Shown one piece after another: positions 50,223-64,000 of a stretch of DNA of 64,000 nucleotides. The DNA lies in contig NC_043001.1 in NCBI RefSeq assembly GCF_006345805.1, forward strand, positions 88,846,001 to 88,910,000. The letters are read 5' to 3'. A model generated the notes under the pieces. It did no database searches, was not told the DNA's origin, and worked only from the letters and a program-made list of their open reading frames with translations. The first letter of the stretch is position 1, and every line of letters begins with the position of its first letter. This DNA comes from Octopus sinensis (lineage: Eukaryota). The position numbers and the translations under genes are program-made.

Positions 50223-51130
50223 ACAGAGGCAAAAATTGAGTACATAATCATTGAAGAAGATGTAATACTGGCCATAGATGAGGTTGACATAAACTCAGCT
50301 GCTGGCCCTGATGGAATTCCAGTGGTCCATCTCAAATCATGCAAGAGAGCCCTTGCAAAATCACTGCAGCTTCTCTTTCATAGCTTCCTTGGAAGTGATA
50401 AGCTCCCAGACAAACTGAAGGAAGGGATAATATGTCCTATCCATAAGGGAGGAAGCAGGGCAAATGCTAAAAATTATAGGCCTATCTCTTTCACTTACAC
50501 ATCAGCAAAGTCATGGAATGAATAGCCTGCAAGAAACTAATCATGTTCCTTGAAGAAAATGACTTGCTGACTGACACCCAGCATGGATTTTGGTCAGGTA
50601 GAAGGTGTCTAACACAGCTCCTGCAACACTACGACTGGGTGTTAAAACAGCTGCTGAATGATTCAAATGTGGATGTGATATATCTCAACTTTGCAAAAGC
50701 CTTTGACAAAGTTGACCATGGTATCATATGTCACATACTGTGTGATCTTGGCATAGGCAGAAAACCTGGAGAGTGGCTGCACAATTTTCTAAAAGATAGA
50801 CGTCAGGCAGTGGTAGCCAATGGAGTCACCTCCAAGGAAACAAATAGCAAGTGGTGTCCTACAGGGCACTGTCATAGGGCCACTGCTATTCATAGCAGCC
50901 CTGTCAGACATGTCCTCAGCTGCTCAGATAGCCACCCTTGCTAGCTATGCAGATGATACAAATGTTTCTCAGACAATAGAAAATCCTGGAAATATTGCAC
51001 ATCTGCAATGGGAGTTGGATGCAATATACAGGTGGGCTGAGACAACAACATGCAGGAAAATTCCAGGCCCTAACGACATGCAGACAGGATACACTGGTCC
51101 AGCAGGAATTGAAATCCCTGAATCAAAATT
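50223..51130 (+). mobile_element. CR1/L2-group LINE RT fragment (copy 1 of duplication)
   Basis: SAAGPDGIP, NYRPISFT, TQHGF, IYLNFAKAFDKVDH, LQGTVIGPLLF and YADDT across three frames. Confidence 0.9.
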
Positions 51131-51617
51131 AGTACATATATACATAGCTATGTATATCATCATCATCATCATCATCGTCGTCGTTTAGCGTCCGTTTTCC
51201 ATGCTAGCATGGGTTGGACGGTTCTACTGGGGTCTGTGAAGCCAGAAGGCTTCATCAGGCCCAGTCAAATCTGGCAGTGTTTCTACGGCTGGATGCCCTT
51301 CCTAACGCCAACCACTCCGTGAGTGTAGTGGGTGCTTTTTACGTGCCACCCGCACAGCGTGCCACCATATGTATATATGTATCTACATGTATGTATATAT
51401 ATATGTATATTTGTATGTGTATATATGTATGTGTATATATATATTTGTATATATGTATGTATATGTATGTGTATATATATATTTGTATATATATGTATAT
51501 ATATATATATGTATATGTATATGTGTGCTTGTCTATGTATATATATGTCTATATATATATTATATATGTATAAATATATATGTGCATGTATTTATGTGTA
51601 TATATATGTGTACATAT

Positions 51618-52525
51618 ACAGAGGCAAAAATTGAGTACATAATCATTGAAGAAGATGTAATACTGGCCATAGATGAGGTTGACATAAACTCAGCTGCTGG
51701 CCCTGATGGAATTCCAGTGGTCCATCTCAAATCATGCAAGAGAGCCCTTGCAAAATCACTGCAGCTTCTCTTTCATAGCTTCCTTGGAAGTGATAAGCTC
51801 CCAGACAAACTGAAGGAAGGGATAATATGTCCTATCCATAAGGGAGGAAGCAGGGCAAATGCTAAAAATTATAGGCCTATCTCTTTCACTTACACATCAG
51901 CAAAGTCATGGAATGAATAGCCTGCAAGAAACTAATCATGTTCCTTGAAGAAAATGACTTGCTGACTGACACCCAGCATGGATTTTGGTCAGGTAGAAGG
52001 TGTCTAACACAGCTCCTGCAACACTACGACTGGGTGTTAAAACAGCTGCTGAATGATTCAAATGTGGATGTGATATATCTCAACTTTGCAAAAGCCTTTG
52101 ACAAAGTTGACCATGGTATCATATGTCACATACTGTGTGATCTTGGCATAGGCAGAAAACCTGGAGAGTGGCTGCACAATTTTCTAAAAGATAGACGTCA
52201 GGCAGTGGTAGCCAATGGAGTCACCTCCAAGGAAACAAATAGCAAGTGGTGTCCTACAGGGCACTGTCATAGGGCCACTGCTATTCATAGCAGCCCTGTC
52301 AGACATGTCCTCAGCTGCTCAGATAGCCACCCTTGCTAGCTATGCAGATGATACAAATGTTTCTCAGACAATAGAAAATCCTGGAAATATTGCACATCTG
52401 CAATGGGAGTTGGATGCAATATACAGGTGGGCTGAGACAACAACATGCAGGAAAATTCCAGGCCCTAACGACATGCAGACAGGATACACTGGTCCAGCAG
52501 GAATTGAAATCCCTGAATCAAAATT
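51618..52525 (+). mobile_element. CR1/L2-group LINE RT fragment (copy 2 of duplication)
   Basis: Essentially identical to 50223-51130, offset by 1395 bp. Confidence 0.9.
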
Positions 52526-55500
52526 AGTACATATATACATAGCTATGTATATCATCATCATCATCATCATCGTCGTCGTTAGCGTCCGTTTTCCATGCTA
52601 GCATGGGTTGGACGGTTCTACTGGGGTCTGTGAAGCCAGAAGGCTTCATCAGGCCCAGTCAAATCTGGCAGTGTTTCTACGGCTGGATGCCCTTCCTAAC
52701 GCCAACCACTCCGTGAGTGTAGTGGGTGCTTTTTACGTGCCACCCGCACAGCGTGCCACCATATGTATATATGTATCTACATGTATGTATATATATATGT
52801 ATATTTGTATGTGTATATATGTATGTGTATATATATTTGTATATGTGTATATATATATATATATGTATGTGTATATATATATTTGTATATATATGTATGT
52901 GTGTATATATATATGTACATATATCTATGTGTATATATATATTTGTATATATATGTATGTACATATATCTATGTTTATATATATTTGTATATGTGTATGT
53001 ATATATATATTTATGTATGTATGTATGTGTGTGTGTGTGTCTGTACTTCCACCATCGCTCGACAACTAATGTTGCTGTGTGAACATCCCCATAACTTAGC
53101 CATTTGGCAAAACACACCAATAGAATAAATCCTGGGGTCAGTTTTTTCGACTAAAATCGGTGCTCCAGCATGGCCTAAGTCACGTGACCAAAACAATTGA
53201 AACAATAAAAGAATTATACCATGCACTCATACTCACACATGTACATTATAAATGTAACTGCAGACACTTATGTAAACTATCTACCTGTCCATCCATTCAC
53301 CCACCCACATACATGTAGGCATGGCCATGTGGGTTAAGAAGTTAACTTTTCAAGCAAGTGGTTTTGAGTTCAGTCTCATGTGTGACATTTTGGGTAAGTG
53401 CCTTTACTACATCTTTGGGCCGAACATAGCTTTATGATTGAATTTGGCAGATACAAGCTAAAAGTCCATCATGTGTGCATGTGAAAGTGCTCATGTTTGT
53501 TTGACAGTGCATACACATGTGTCATCATCATCATCCTTTAACTTCTGCTTTCCATACTGGTATGAGTTAGACTGCTTGACTGGAGATGGTAAGATGGAGA
53601 CCTACACCAGGCCCCTGTCTATTTTGACTTGGTTGCTACTGCTGGATATACACAGACACTTGAAGCATATTATTATAAGCTGTATTTCTTATTTCTTTAT
53701 TGCCCAGAAGGGACAAATAAGGACAGACAAAGGGATTGAGTCGATTACATTGACCCCAGTGCGTAACTGCTACTTAATTTATTGACCTCAAAAGGATGAA
53801 AGGCAAAGTTGACCTCAGCAGAATTTGAACTCAGAATGTAACAGCAGACGAAATACTGCTAAGCATTTCGACCGGCGCGCTAATGTTTCTGCCAGCTCGC
53901 CACCTTTTAAAGCTGTATTTCTGCCACTTCCACATCCACGATGAAACACAGATACTCAAAATGAAGAACACTTGGACATACAAAAGACATAGTCTGTTGC
54001 TGCAGCAACCTCTAACTCTCACCCTCCATGTTACCAAATGCACAATTCTTCTGAATTATCCCAGGGTCAATGTTATAACAACATAGAACATGCCTAAAAC
54101 ACTATGCTAAAAACAGTCTCTCCTACTTACACAAGACAAAATGAAATATTTATACAGATTGAAATACCTGTGACATGAACAATGTCATTGGTTGGAGATA
54201 CATTGTAAGTATGGAAGGACAACTATCACATTCCAGCTAAGTCTACCTAACACCTTTCTCTGTAGTGTGACTGGCCACCTTGTTGCCACTCACACCCACA
54301 CATACATATACTCTATCTCTCTCTCTCTCGCTAACACACACACACACACACATGTTGTTTGTGTCATAAGAGTTGAGAAATTTCAAGGGTGCTTTGACTT
54401 TTTCATCCAAGAAGTTTTTTTAACCTAGTATTTACACTCTATTATTTACAGCTTAATCTACTTCAAGTTCCACCATCAATTATTTACATAGAATTACAAT
54501 TATTACAATTATTTACATAGAAACACACAGATGCACACAGCTGTATCTATGTGTATCTGTGTGTGTGTGTGTAGACATAGCTGTATCATTATAAAGTTCA
54601 CTTCTCAACCACATGTTTTGAACTGTGACCTTAGACCAATGATGCCTTATGAGTGAAAGTAGTAGCTGGAAGCTTATGCAAGCCTGTTGAATATTACTGT
54701 ATGTTTGTGCATATGCTGTAAATGTTTACATTCCTTGTCCTCACATGAAAATGTTCAGCAAAAGAAATCATCCTGTAGCCCTGTACTTTCTAAGATGAGT
54801 GGAATAAAAGAAATCTGTTTATTTGCAAGGCAGATAAGAATTAACAATTGGAAAGGTATCCAGCTGTAAAAGAAGGCCTTTACATATTCACCCTACCTAT
54901 GCTAGCTTAGGAAAATGGGTGTAAAAGTGCCTGTATGGGCACAGGCATGATTTTCTGGTTAAAAAAAGTTTGCTTCCCAACTATATGGTCTCAGGTTCAG
55001 TCTCATTGTGTGGCACTTTGGGTGAGTGTCTTCTACTTCTGCCCTTGGACTAACAAAACCTTGTGAGTGAACGCTGAAGCATGCTCCTCGTGTGTGTATG
55101 TTCCACCCTTCCATAGTGGTATTTTTCATTAACCACACTTCCACCATTGTTCATCACACACTACATCCACCTGTACACCCATCTTTAACACCTGTTCCCT
55201 CTGACACTCATATGAAATTGCCCTCTCTCTCCTCCTTCCTGCATTCTCATTGATACTCCCGTTCTTGTATCTTGAAATTCTCTGGCATTTCGTTATCACC
55301 ATGTCTTCTTTCCAGCTACTCCCACCCACCGCTATATAATGTGGTGTCGCCATGTATTGCCTGTAGATCAATATGCTTTTGCCTAACATTTGGCCTAAAG
55401 CCACCTCCTCCCTTCCAGTAACCTCACTCACACCATCAAGGATGCCTTTTCCTTCTCTTCTCTTCCAATTTGTTTGGCAATGTCACTGGTGTTGGTGCCA

Positions 55501-55889
55501 TAAGAAAACTGCCCTGTACATACTGTAATGTGCTTGGCATTAGGAAAGGCATCCAGTGATAGAAACCATGCTACAGCTGATATTGAAGCTCAATGTAGTC
55601 CTGTAGCTCTTTGGATCCTGTCAAACCATCCAGCCCAAGCCAGCATGGAAAACATGTTAAATGATGAGTGAGTGCTGAAAAGTTTCTGGGTGTGGGTAAA
55701 AGAAAATACAGAGGATCAGTTGATTATGATTTTATTCAATGTATTCCCCTCTCAGATTCACACACCTCTTGCAGTGGTCCTTCAGTTTTACTAAGCCCTG
55801 TAAAAGAAATCAGAAGGTTGGGCCTCCAAACAGGCCTTTCACAATATCGTTAAAACCAGCAACTTTTCACAGCACCACATCATGTGTGC

Positions 55890-55927
<38 letters not shown>

Positions 55928-57561
55928 TCATGGTGCACAAATGAAAGAAAAGAGCATTCAATACTTGATGTGGAGTTTATAGTTAGAGAATAACAGCTGG
56001 GAGATCACTTTGTTCCTGCTCATTTTCTCACACATGAATCACACACGATCAGTCAGACAATCTCTTGAATGGGGAGAGGATATGTTGTTTCTGCAGTGCT
56101 TTAGCAAAGCTGCTTGTTGTTGAACAAAGCAAGGTAATATGAAAGATGTTTCAATCCAAGAGAAAGAGACTGGACTGCTTTGATGTTTTTCAGGCTACTC
56201 AGACCAAGCTGATAATCATTAATAGTTTCATGAACCACTGAACTCTGGAGTAGTTATTGCTTCATTCTAATAAAGGATATTTAAATCCTTAACTTCCAAA
56301 TTTTTTGATAAATTTAGATAGAATAGGGAAATTTTCCCTGTTTCCTGAGCTAAATGTGTGAAAACACTGATGATAATGGTTTTTGAAAGTGTTTTCACCA
56401 ACCACCATGTAATACTTTTGCATGCTGTCAGGAAGTGTTATGAATACTCACTTTACAGTTCCTTTATAAACACAGAATTGCTTGAATAGAAAGGTTGCTG
56501 GATTTCATCAATTGCAAGTTGATTGTTGGGGAGGAGGGTGAATGTGTATTTTTGATTTTACCCTGTGACTGGGAAACATTGTCACACATACAAGAATAGC
56601 TGGCCTTTACATTGTGTGCATTGAAAAACTTCTTATATTTGTATGTTGGTGGGAAATGTTGTCATACTAAAGCTAAGATATTTTTGGCTATGTTTGTCGT
56701 AATGTCCAAGTTTTAAGGTAGGTTATACCAGATGACTGTCCATGTTCCTTGTTTCCTTTTAGCATGAAGTGCCTGAAATGTTTGCAATGTAAATTAGCTT
56801 GTCACTGAAACTACTTCTAAATAATACATGGTTATAACATAGAGTGTCCCTGTCAAAAATACCCCTGTTCAAAGTTAGATTCACTTGGCTACCAGGTTTG
56901 TAGTTATGGTTGGGGAGTTATTGGAATTTTTTCTGATGCTTATATTACCTTTGTTGGACAATAAACATGTTATTTTCAATTGTAATGTGTGATCTGGCAA
57001 ATGATATTGTTCATGCAAGAACAACTGCATCTATTTAAGTCTTTGTCTATATAATTCATCTGATTGTTTATCTATATATCTATCAGTCTGTCTCACACTT
57101 TCTCTCTCTTTGCCTCTAATGTCCTACTTATTTGTTATTTATATGTTTTTCTGTTACTTACCTGTCTAGCTTCTTGCCAGAGTGCTTAACTGTCCACATC
57201 AGGTTGATATATTTGTCTAGATCTACTTCCTCCACCAACTCACCCTAATCTACACAACTCTTAACCATATGTTTGCGAGTAAAACTGTTAAGTTGCTGCA
57301 GTATTCAGCTGTTTAGATACACACACAGTTCAACATTTGTTCACAAATAACAGAAAATCCTCACTGCATTTGCAGTGTGGTCAAGGTTAGGACTGGATGT
57401 GTATGTGTTTTCATTTTACACACACACATAGAGACACACATATCTATATCTAAATATATACACACACACAAACACATATTTACTTTGCATTTGTGTATAT
57501 ATGCAGTCAAAGTTTTAATTTTTTTATTTATGATTTGTTATGTTGTTATATTTATTGGACA

Positions 57562-57620
<59 letters not shown>

Positions 57621-57887
57621 AATGTGCATATATAAATGTAATACTGTTCCATAATTTCTCCTTCCACCCCTCTATGTTCACATGCACACTCATACATGTG
57701 CAGGTGTGTGGATGGTGCATGAGTGTTTACAAGTGTCTACCATAGATATGTGTATGGTATGCATGTGAGGTATGGGAATCTTTGTCATAGTGAATGCGTG
57801 GTCATGGACATTTCTACTATAATTATGAGCATGTGTTAGTCATGTTATGTATTGGAATGTCTCTTATATGAGTGTGTGGTGATGTTT

Positions 57888-57922
<35 letters not shown>

Positions 57923-57959
57923 ACACACGTACACAATATATTCTTGTGGTTAATTTTTA

Positions 57960-58900
57960 GTTACTTGCAAACAGTTCCTGATTTCATCACTAATTCCATT
58001 CTCGGTGTGGTTTTCTTAAATGTGGTTTCCCAGCAATGATGGACCAGTTATTAGCTACATTTTGAGAAAAACTAGTTGAAATTTGGTTCATTCAAAAAGG
58101 TTAGGTCAGAATATGGGAGGTCAAAAATGGGAGGTAAATGTAAAAAATTGACTTTGAATCAAAATATCTCAGTTATTTTAAAAGAAAAGTGTAGGTTAAT
58201 TGGGTTTTAAAAAATGTGTCCACTGAGACGGTTTAGGTGGAAACCTCATTAAAAAGTATAAGATACAACAAAATGTGTGGATTTAAGTGATGAAAATATT
58301 GGTCAATAACTCCCAAAATTAACTTTGAATCAAAATTCCTCAGCTATTATAAAAGAAAACTATACAATAATTGTGTTCTAATGAAAGAGCTCTGTGAGGT
58401 GAATTTTACGGTGTAAGCCTCATCAAAAAATATTTGCTATAAGAAAAGTGATGTGGCTTTAAGTGATAAAAAAAGAGGTGAACATTTTAACAAGTCAAAA
58501 TATTTTTGTAATTTTAAGATATTTAGCTTTATAAAAGACAGCATGACATGTCATAGGTTGCTTAGCTTAATGGTGCAGAGAGCTCATAGCTGGAGTTAAA
58601 GAGAGGTAGTATTTGATTTTCTGTAGCAGTTTGCTTAGTCACTTTTTATTGTTTTCTAAGGGTATTTAGCCAATCTTCTAAACCTGTTTTCACAGCCCTA
58701 CCACATGAGATTTCTTTAGATGAAAACCTTGTCAAAAAATGTTAGCTACAAAAAAAAGTTGTGTGGCTTATGTGACAAAAAAGAAAATAAAATGTTATGA
58801 TTTTAAGAAATCCAAATATTTTTGCCATTTTAAGAGAAAAATAATATTTGAACTTAGATGAAAGAGCTCATTGAAACAAATATCCTGAAAAACCCTGTCT
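57960..58900 (+). mobile_element. Old AT-rich element with degenerate ~165-bp internal repeats (HINE-like)
   Basis: ACTTTGAATCAAAAT-TCTCAG-TATT at ~58151 and ~58322. Related AACCTCAT-AAAAA and TTTAAGTGAT/GAC blocks recur to ~58800. Confidence 0.4.
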
Positions 58901-60796
58901 AAAAGTTTCTGTTAATGTATGTACATATGTAATATATACATATTAAAAACATTTAAAAAAAAACTAATTATCAATTATCTAATTAGAATATAACATTATT
59001 TTGTAATAAAAAATTGTTTAAAGATATATTTATTTGTAATAGATATGTTACTATTAATCTTTTGTTAAGTTTAGGTGCAAACAAAATCTTTATTTAAAAA
59101 ATATTTACAATACTATCATTTTTTTTTTTTTTCAATTATAAAAATAGATATAATTAATTATAATAATAGAAGCGCTGCCTGAGAAAAAGTGGATGAGAAT
59201 GAAAAATGCAGGTGCAGAATCCTAGAATATTCTTAAGTGTTGAACCTGGAAAATTACAAAACAAACAGTAACTAAATCTGGAAAAGTACAGGACAAGAAA
59301 AAGAAAAAAATACTTAAAATATAGCTGAAGTTAGAATTTGCTAAATAAATTTCTGAAATTGTTTATGAAGTAATGTGTCTACTGTTTTGTTTTTTATAGT
59401 TTTATTGCAATTTTTAAAACTTTAAGTTAATATTTTTCATATAAAAAAATTTGTATTAAGCCAAAATATTTGTCTTATTTTTAGTATTATTTTTTAAAAT
59501 TTTCTTTTCTTAAAAAAACTCATTCTCTAAAAATTTTAAATTACTGATAATGTGTTATAAAATTAAAGTTGTGTAGAATATATGTAATTCAAAAGAGTGG
59601 TACCTTCGGTAAGTGTCTTCAACCATCCTTAGGCTGACCAAAGCCTTGTCAGTGAATTTGGTAGATGGAAACTGAAAAAGCCCATCATACACACACGTGT
59701 GTGTGTTTGTCACTCACCCCTGCCTGACAGTCATTATTGGTGTGTTTATGTCCCCATAACTTAGTGGTTCAGCTAAAGAGCTGATAGCATTCATACCAGG
59801 CTTAGAAAATAAGTACTGGGTTGATTTGTTTGACAGATTTTTCAAGGTGGTGTCCCAGCATGGCTGCAGTTTAATGATTGAAACAAGTAAAAGAATAAAG
59901 GGAAAATTAAGCATGCACAACAAATGAAAGACACACACAGGACAAAATACAAACAAGGTTAAGACCATATTTTTTCATCAACTTCTATAGAAGTGTGTAT
60001 TTTCCCCAATGTTCCCAAGTTTTGGTGTGAAGACAGGACAACAACAAGTATACTGAATTACATGGAAAGTTAGCTTGTAAGGCTAAGACAATACAGGAAT
60101 GATGTTAAACAGTGAGGCCTTTCAACAAAAGCAAACGTTAATAATAAACCACAAATGATTGTGGAAAGGGTAATGGTAAGGGAATTTTGAATAATAGTTA
60201 GGGATTACCCCTTAGAGAGAGAGAGAGAAAACAAGATGACAAATACACACATATATAAACATATTTATGCACATTTACATATGCAAGCAAATATATGCTT
60301 ATGTACAGATACACAAACATACAAATATGTAAATACAAACTCACAAACACACACATGTGCCAAATCTCTGGAGCTTTGACATGGATCCAAAACATTAGTC
60401 TCTTCAAAAGGTTATCTTTCAGAGTGAGGCTTGTTAAATATGCCGTAATCATCATCATTAAACCTTTTAAACAACAGCTGACATGTACAAGCTTTCACTG
60501 CAAGTGGATACACTTCAAAAATGTTTTTCGTTGCTTCTGAAGTGGTACTTTTCTTTCAGAACTCATAAAGTAAACAATGGCAAATATGTCGTTTCTTAAA
60601 GTTCTTGTCCTCCATGGAGTTAATTACTGAAATAACTATGAATGACACATTACTGGAGAGAAGTGATGATATATCCATTTGCAGACAGTTCCAGCCCATT
60701 TGACTTTGGTTCTGACATGATTGGTTGATTCATATTTCATAGTGATGAAAAAACGCAATTACTTTATGAACACCCAAACATATATATATATATATA

Positions 60797-61318
60797 TAAC
60801 TATATATGATTTATATAATACTATATACTCCATTTAAAGCGACCAAACCTAAACAGTTGACTGACAAAAGATGGGCTGAACCACTGAGAATTGAACACAA
60901 CATCAATGCTTACATGGCCCTATACACACCCAATTCATCCACATAGCCCACCCATCAATTTCAGCCAATTTTAATGTATAGATTATTTTAGTCTAGACTA
61001 TGTATATTTATAAATTTGTAAACAAACCAGAAGGTTGTAAATTACAGAGAAGAGCGACTCAAATAGGTCCTTTTTAATAATAACTATAATTATATATTAT
61101 TTATATAATAATATGTGCTCCAGAGCCATGTAAGTATTGATGTCATGTTCAATTCCCAGTGGTTCAGCCCATCTTTTTTCAGTCAACTGTTCAGGCTTAA
61201 TTGCTTTAAATGGAGCATATATTATCATATAAATAATATATAATTAAAGTTATTAAAAATTACCTATTTGTGTTTCTCTTCGCCATAATTTACAGCCTTT
61301 GGATTTGTTTACAGATTT
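60797..61318. repeat. Permuted direct/inverted repeat structure
   Basis: 61125-61318 is the reverse complement of two separate forward blocks, 60828-60918 and 61013-61122. Confidence 0.8.
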
Positions 61319-62687
61319 CATTATCATTTAATGTCTGCCTTCCATGCTTGCATGGGTGGGTCTATAAATATATACATATATATGTATATAAGTGTATGTT
61401 TATATCTATATCTCTGTATATATCTGTAAATGTGAGATAGTTTAAAAGTAAATGTCTAGGTTAGAAAGTGACTGTTGGTCATCATATGGCTATACATTTG
61501 TCCATATTCTCCAACTAACATTTACACTTTTTGCTGCTATAAAAAATTCTCTTTGGTTCATTTTCTTTTGTTAGTGAGATGTCTGTTAACCAGGCCAATT
61601 TTCAAACTGGTAAAGGACAGTCTGCCATATGTTGGCTTTTAAATTAATTTGGACTTCTAGAATGTTTCCTTCTTCTCTTATAAACACAAGAACTAACACA
61701 CTTCAGTTCTGATGTCAACTCTGATGATGTGAAGATATAATTATTACATGAGGCCAGACTTCAGTAATTCCATTTGATAATTTTCACTGAAACATGCGTA
61801 AGCATGCTATAGCTAAATGATTTCACAACAAACTCTCCAGTCTTATTTTTTTCCAATATGTTTGTCTGTATATGTGTGTGTATATATTTATCTGCATGTT
61901 TGTGTATGCATATACACACACACACACGCACACAAACTTTTTCCTCATACCTTTAATTTCAATTCAGTATAGTTTTTTTTTGTGTCAACTATGGTATATA
62001 TATGCGGTGGTGGTGGTGGTGGTGGGTGGGGTTGCATATATTCAGAGTATGATTCTATGCCAAAATCATGTCAGCTGACTCACATACTAAACATTGAAGT
62101 AAATTAAATTACTGAATTATTGAACAGCTCAACTAATGAACGATACTGCCATAGGTTTGAACTCACCTAAAACTTACTATTTTCCTACCACCTTCAGCGA
62201 AGCATGTCAATCTTCTTGCCTTTGTCAATCCTACCTCATATTTTAGAGTAGAATGTCTTGTCTAAAGTTTGTAGCCAAATTGGCAGAGACAAATAGAAAA
62301 AGAAATTGTCTATTTATTTCAGTTGTACAACTTATATATAATATCCCACTTAGTCTTGGTCAACCTTAGTTGTAAATCTTAGGTATAAACACCCATTCTA
62401 TTTTAGTCAACTTCCACTGTAAACCTTAGACAAAACAACCCTAGCTGTAAGCCTTAAGTAAAGCACATTTTCTTATTTTAAGTTAACTTCAGCTACTCCA
62501 CTTAGGTCCATTTCAGTTACATGCCTTAAACATGTCACCTCATGCTACTTATCCACACCACTCTAGTCTCCTTAGTCAATCTCTTGTATAACCCTGAGTC
62601 AAGTGACATCATTTTATTTATATATCAGTCATCATTGCAAATATAAAGTGAGAGTTGTCACTAATGTGATGGCAATGTGTATGTGTA

Positions 62688-63551
62688 CAGGGTGACCCCC
62701 CCAAAAATGGGTACTTTTGAAAAACCCAACAAAATAGGAAAAATCCAAATCCAACAAAAAAATTGATTGACAGATATCAAACAAATAAAATGGCAACTTA
62801 TGAAATGTGTAGTGGCAACCATGTAGTACTGTACATTTGGCAGTACTGTGGTACAGTGAGCTCCATGCAGAAACAACCTTGTAATTTAATAATCATGGAT
62901 CAGTAGAACAGACAACAGCATATTTTCACCATAAAAATGCTTTACAAAAACAACAATAGTTCGGAGGGTGCACAGCGTGAGTTCCAATGTCATCTTAATT
63001 TAGGGCATCATGGTCAGGTTCCCTCAAAACACGTGATAAAAAGGTGGATTAAAAACTTTGAAGAGACTGGATCAGTTTTGAAAAAGAAACCGACAGGACA
63101 ACCAAGAACTGTTCATACTCCATAGAATATTGAGACTCTACATGTCTTACAGAGCCCATGTTGTTCAGCTCATAAGCAAGCAGCTGCAGTAAGGTTGTCT
63201 TGAGAGAGTGTTTGCCGAATTTTCCATTTTGACTTAAAATTTCATCTATACAAGCTGCAGATCATACAAAAACTGAAGGAGAATGATCCCCAGTTGCAAT
63301 TAGATTTCTGTCAAAAAATTAGGGAAGACATAAATGAAAAGAACGAAGGCTATAGTAGAAGACACTTGCCCAAGGTGCCACGCAGTGGGAATGAACCTGG
63401 AACCATGTGGTTGGTAAGCAAGCTACTTACCACACAGCCACTCCTGCGTCTATAAAGGCAAGTTCTTTACTTTTGTCAATAAAGATTTGTTGTTGGATTT
63501 GAATTTTTCCTATTCTTGTTGGGTTTTTCAAAAGTTCTTGTTTTTTGGGAT

Positions 63552-63557
<6 letters not shown>
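62688..63557 (+). mobile_element. Tc1/mariner-superfamily relic with long TIRs and DUF4817-type HTH; SINE inserted at ~63348-63452
   Basis: GGGTGACCCCCC...ACTTTTGAAAAACCCAAC...AATCCAAC is inverted at 63490-63556. Peptide AQREFQCHLNLGHHGQVPSKHVIKRWIKNFEETGSV. Confidence 0.8.
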
Positions 63558-63621
<64 letters not shown>

Positions 63622-64000
63622 TTTTTACTTGTTTCAGTCATTTGACTGCAGCCATGAAGGTATTTAGTTGAACAAATCGACCCCAGAATTTATTTTTCAA
63701 GCCTAGTACTTATTTTATCATTCTCTTTTGCTGAACTGCCAAGTTATGGGTACGTAAATACACCAGCACCAATTGTCAAGCAGTGATGGGGTGGACAAAC
63801 ACACACACACGCACATACACATATATATGACAGGCTTTTTGTAGTTTCCATCTACCAAATACACTCACAAGGCTTTGGTCTGCCCAAGGCTATAATAGGT
63901 GACATTAGTCTTAGGTGTCACTCTGTGAGACTGAACCTGGAACCATGTGGTTAGGAAACAAGTTTCTTACCACACAACCACACCTGTGTCTATATATATA

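Larger units (their letters stand above)
50115..52845. repeat. Near-identical 1395-bp tandem duplication (microsatellite + LINE fragment + RTE tail)
   Basis: ACAGAGGCAAAAATTGAG at 50223 and 51618, with identical translations in the ORF track. Confidence 0.92.

Noticed and set aside
56560-56615. Candidate TMEM72 exon 2 (ETLSHTRIAGLYI)
   Set aside because: No AG acceptor in range, weak donor, and no VLxGVG motif.

Overview
Animal genomic DNA, very probably an octopus (inferred from the tRNA-derived CORE- and Meta-domain SINE families, the RTE tail family and dense TA/TATG/ATCT microsatellites). One host gene start is supported: a CpG-rich promoter and the first coding exon (14601-14685, +) of a TMEM72-like membrane protein. 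No second exon was recognised, so the rest of the window is probably intron 1. The remainder is transposon debris: CR1/L2-type and RTE LINE fragments, several Tc1/mariner relics, Helitron-like elements, MITEs, SINEs and Penelope-like (PLE) pieces. There is one 100-N gap. The most interesting signal is non-coding: hand folding finds type I hammerhead ribozyme motifs from about four unrelated repeat families. The best case is a ~476-bp tandem array with an inverted copy (19219-20646), which looks like a PLE terminal-repeat or retrozyme unit and puts one intact ribozyme on the sense strand of the putative intron. All ribozyme calls are manual folds and have not been tested. Most ORFs in the supplied track are microsatellite artefacts.
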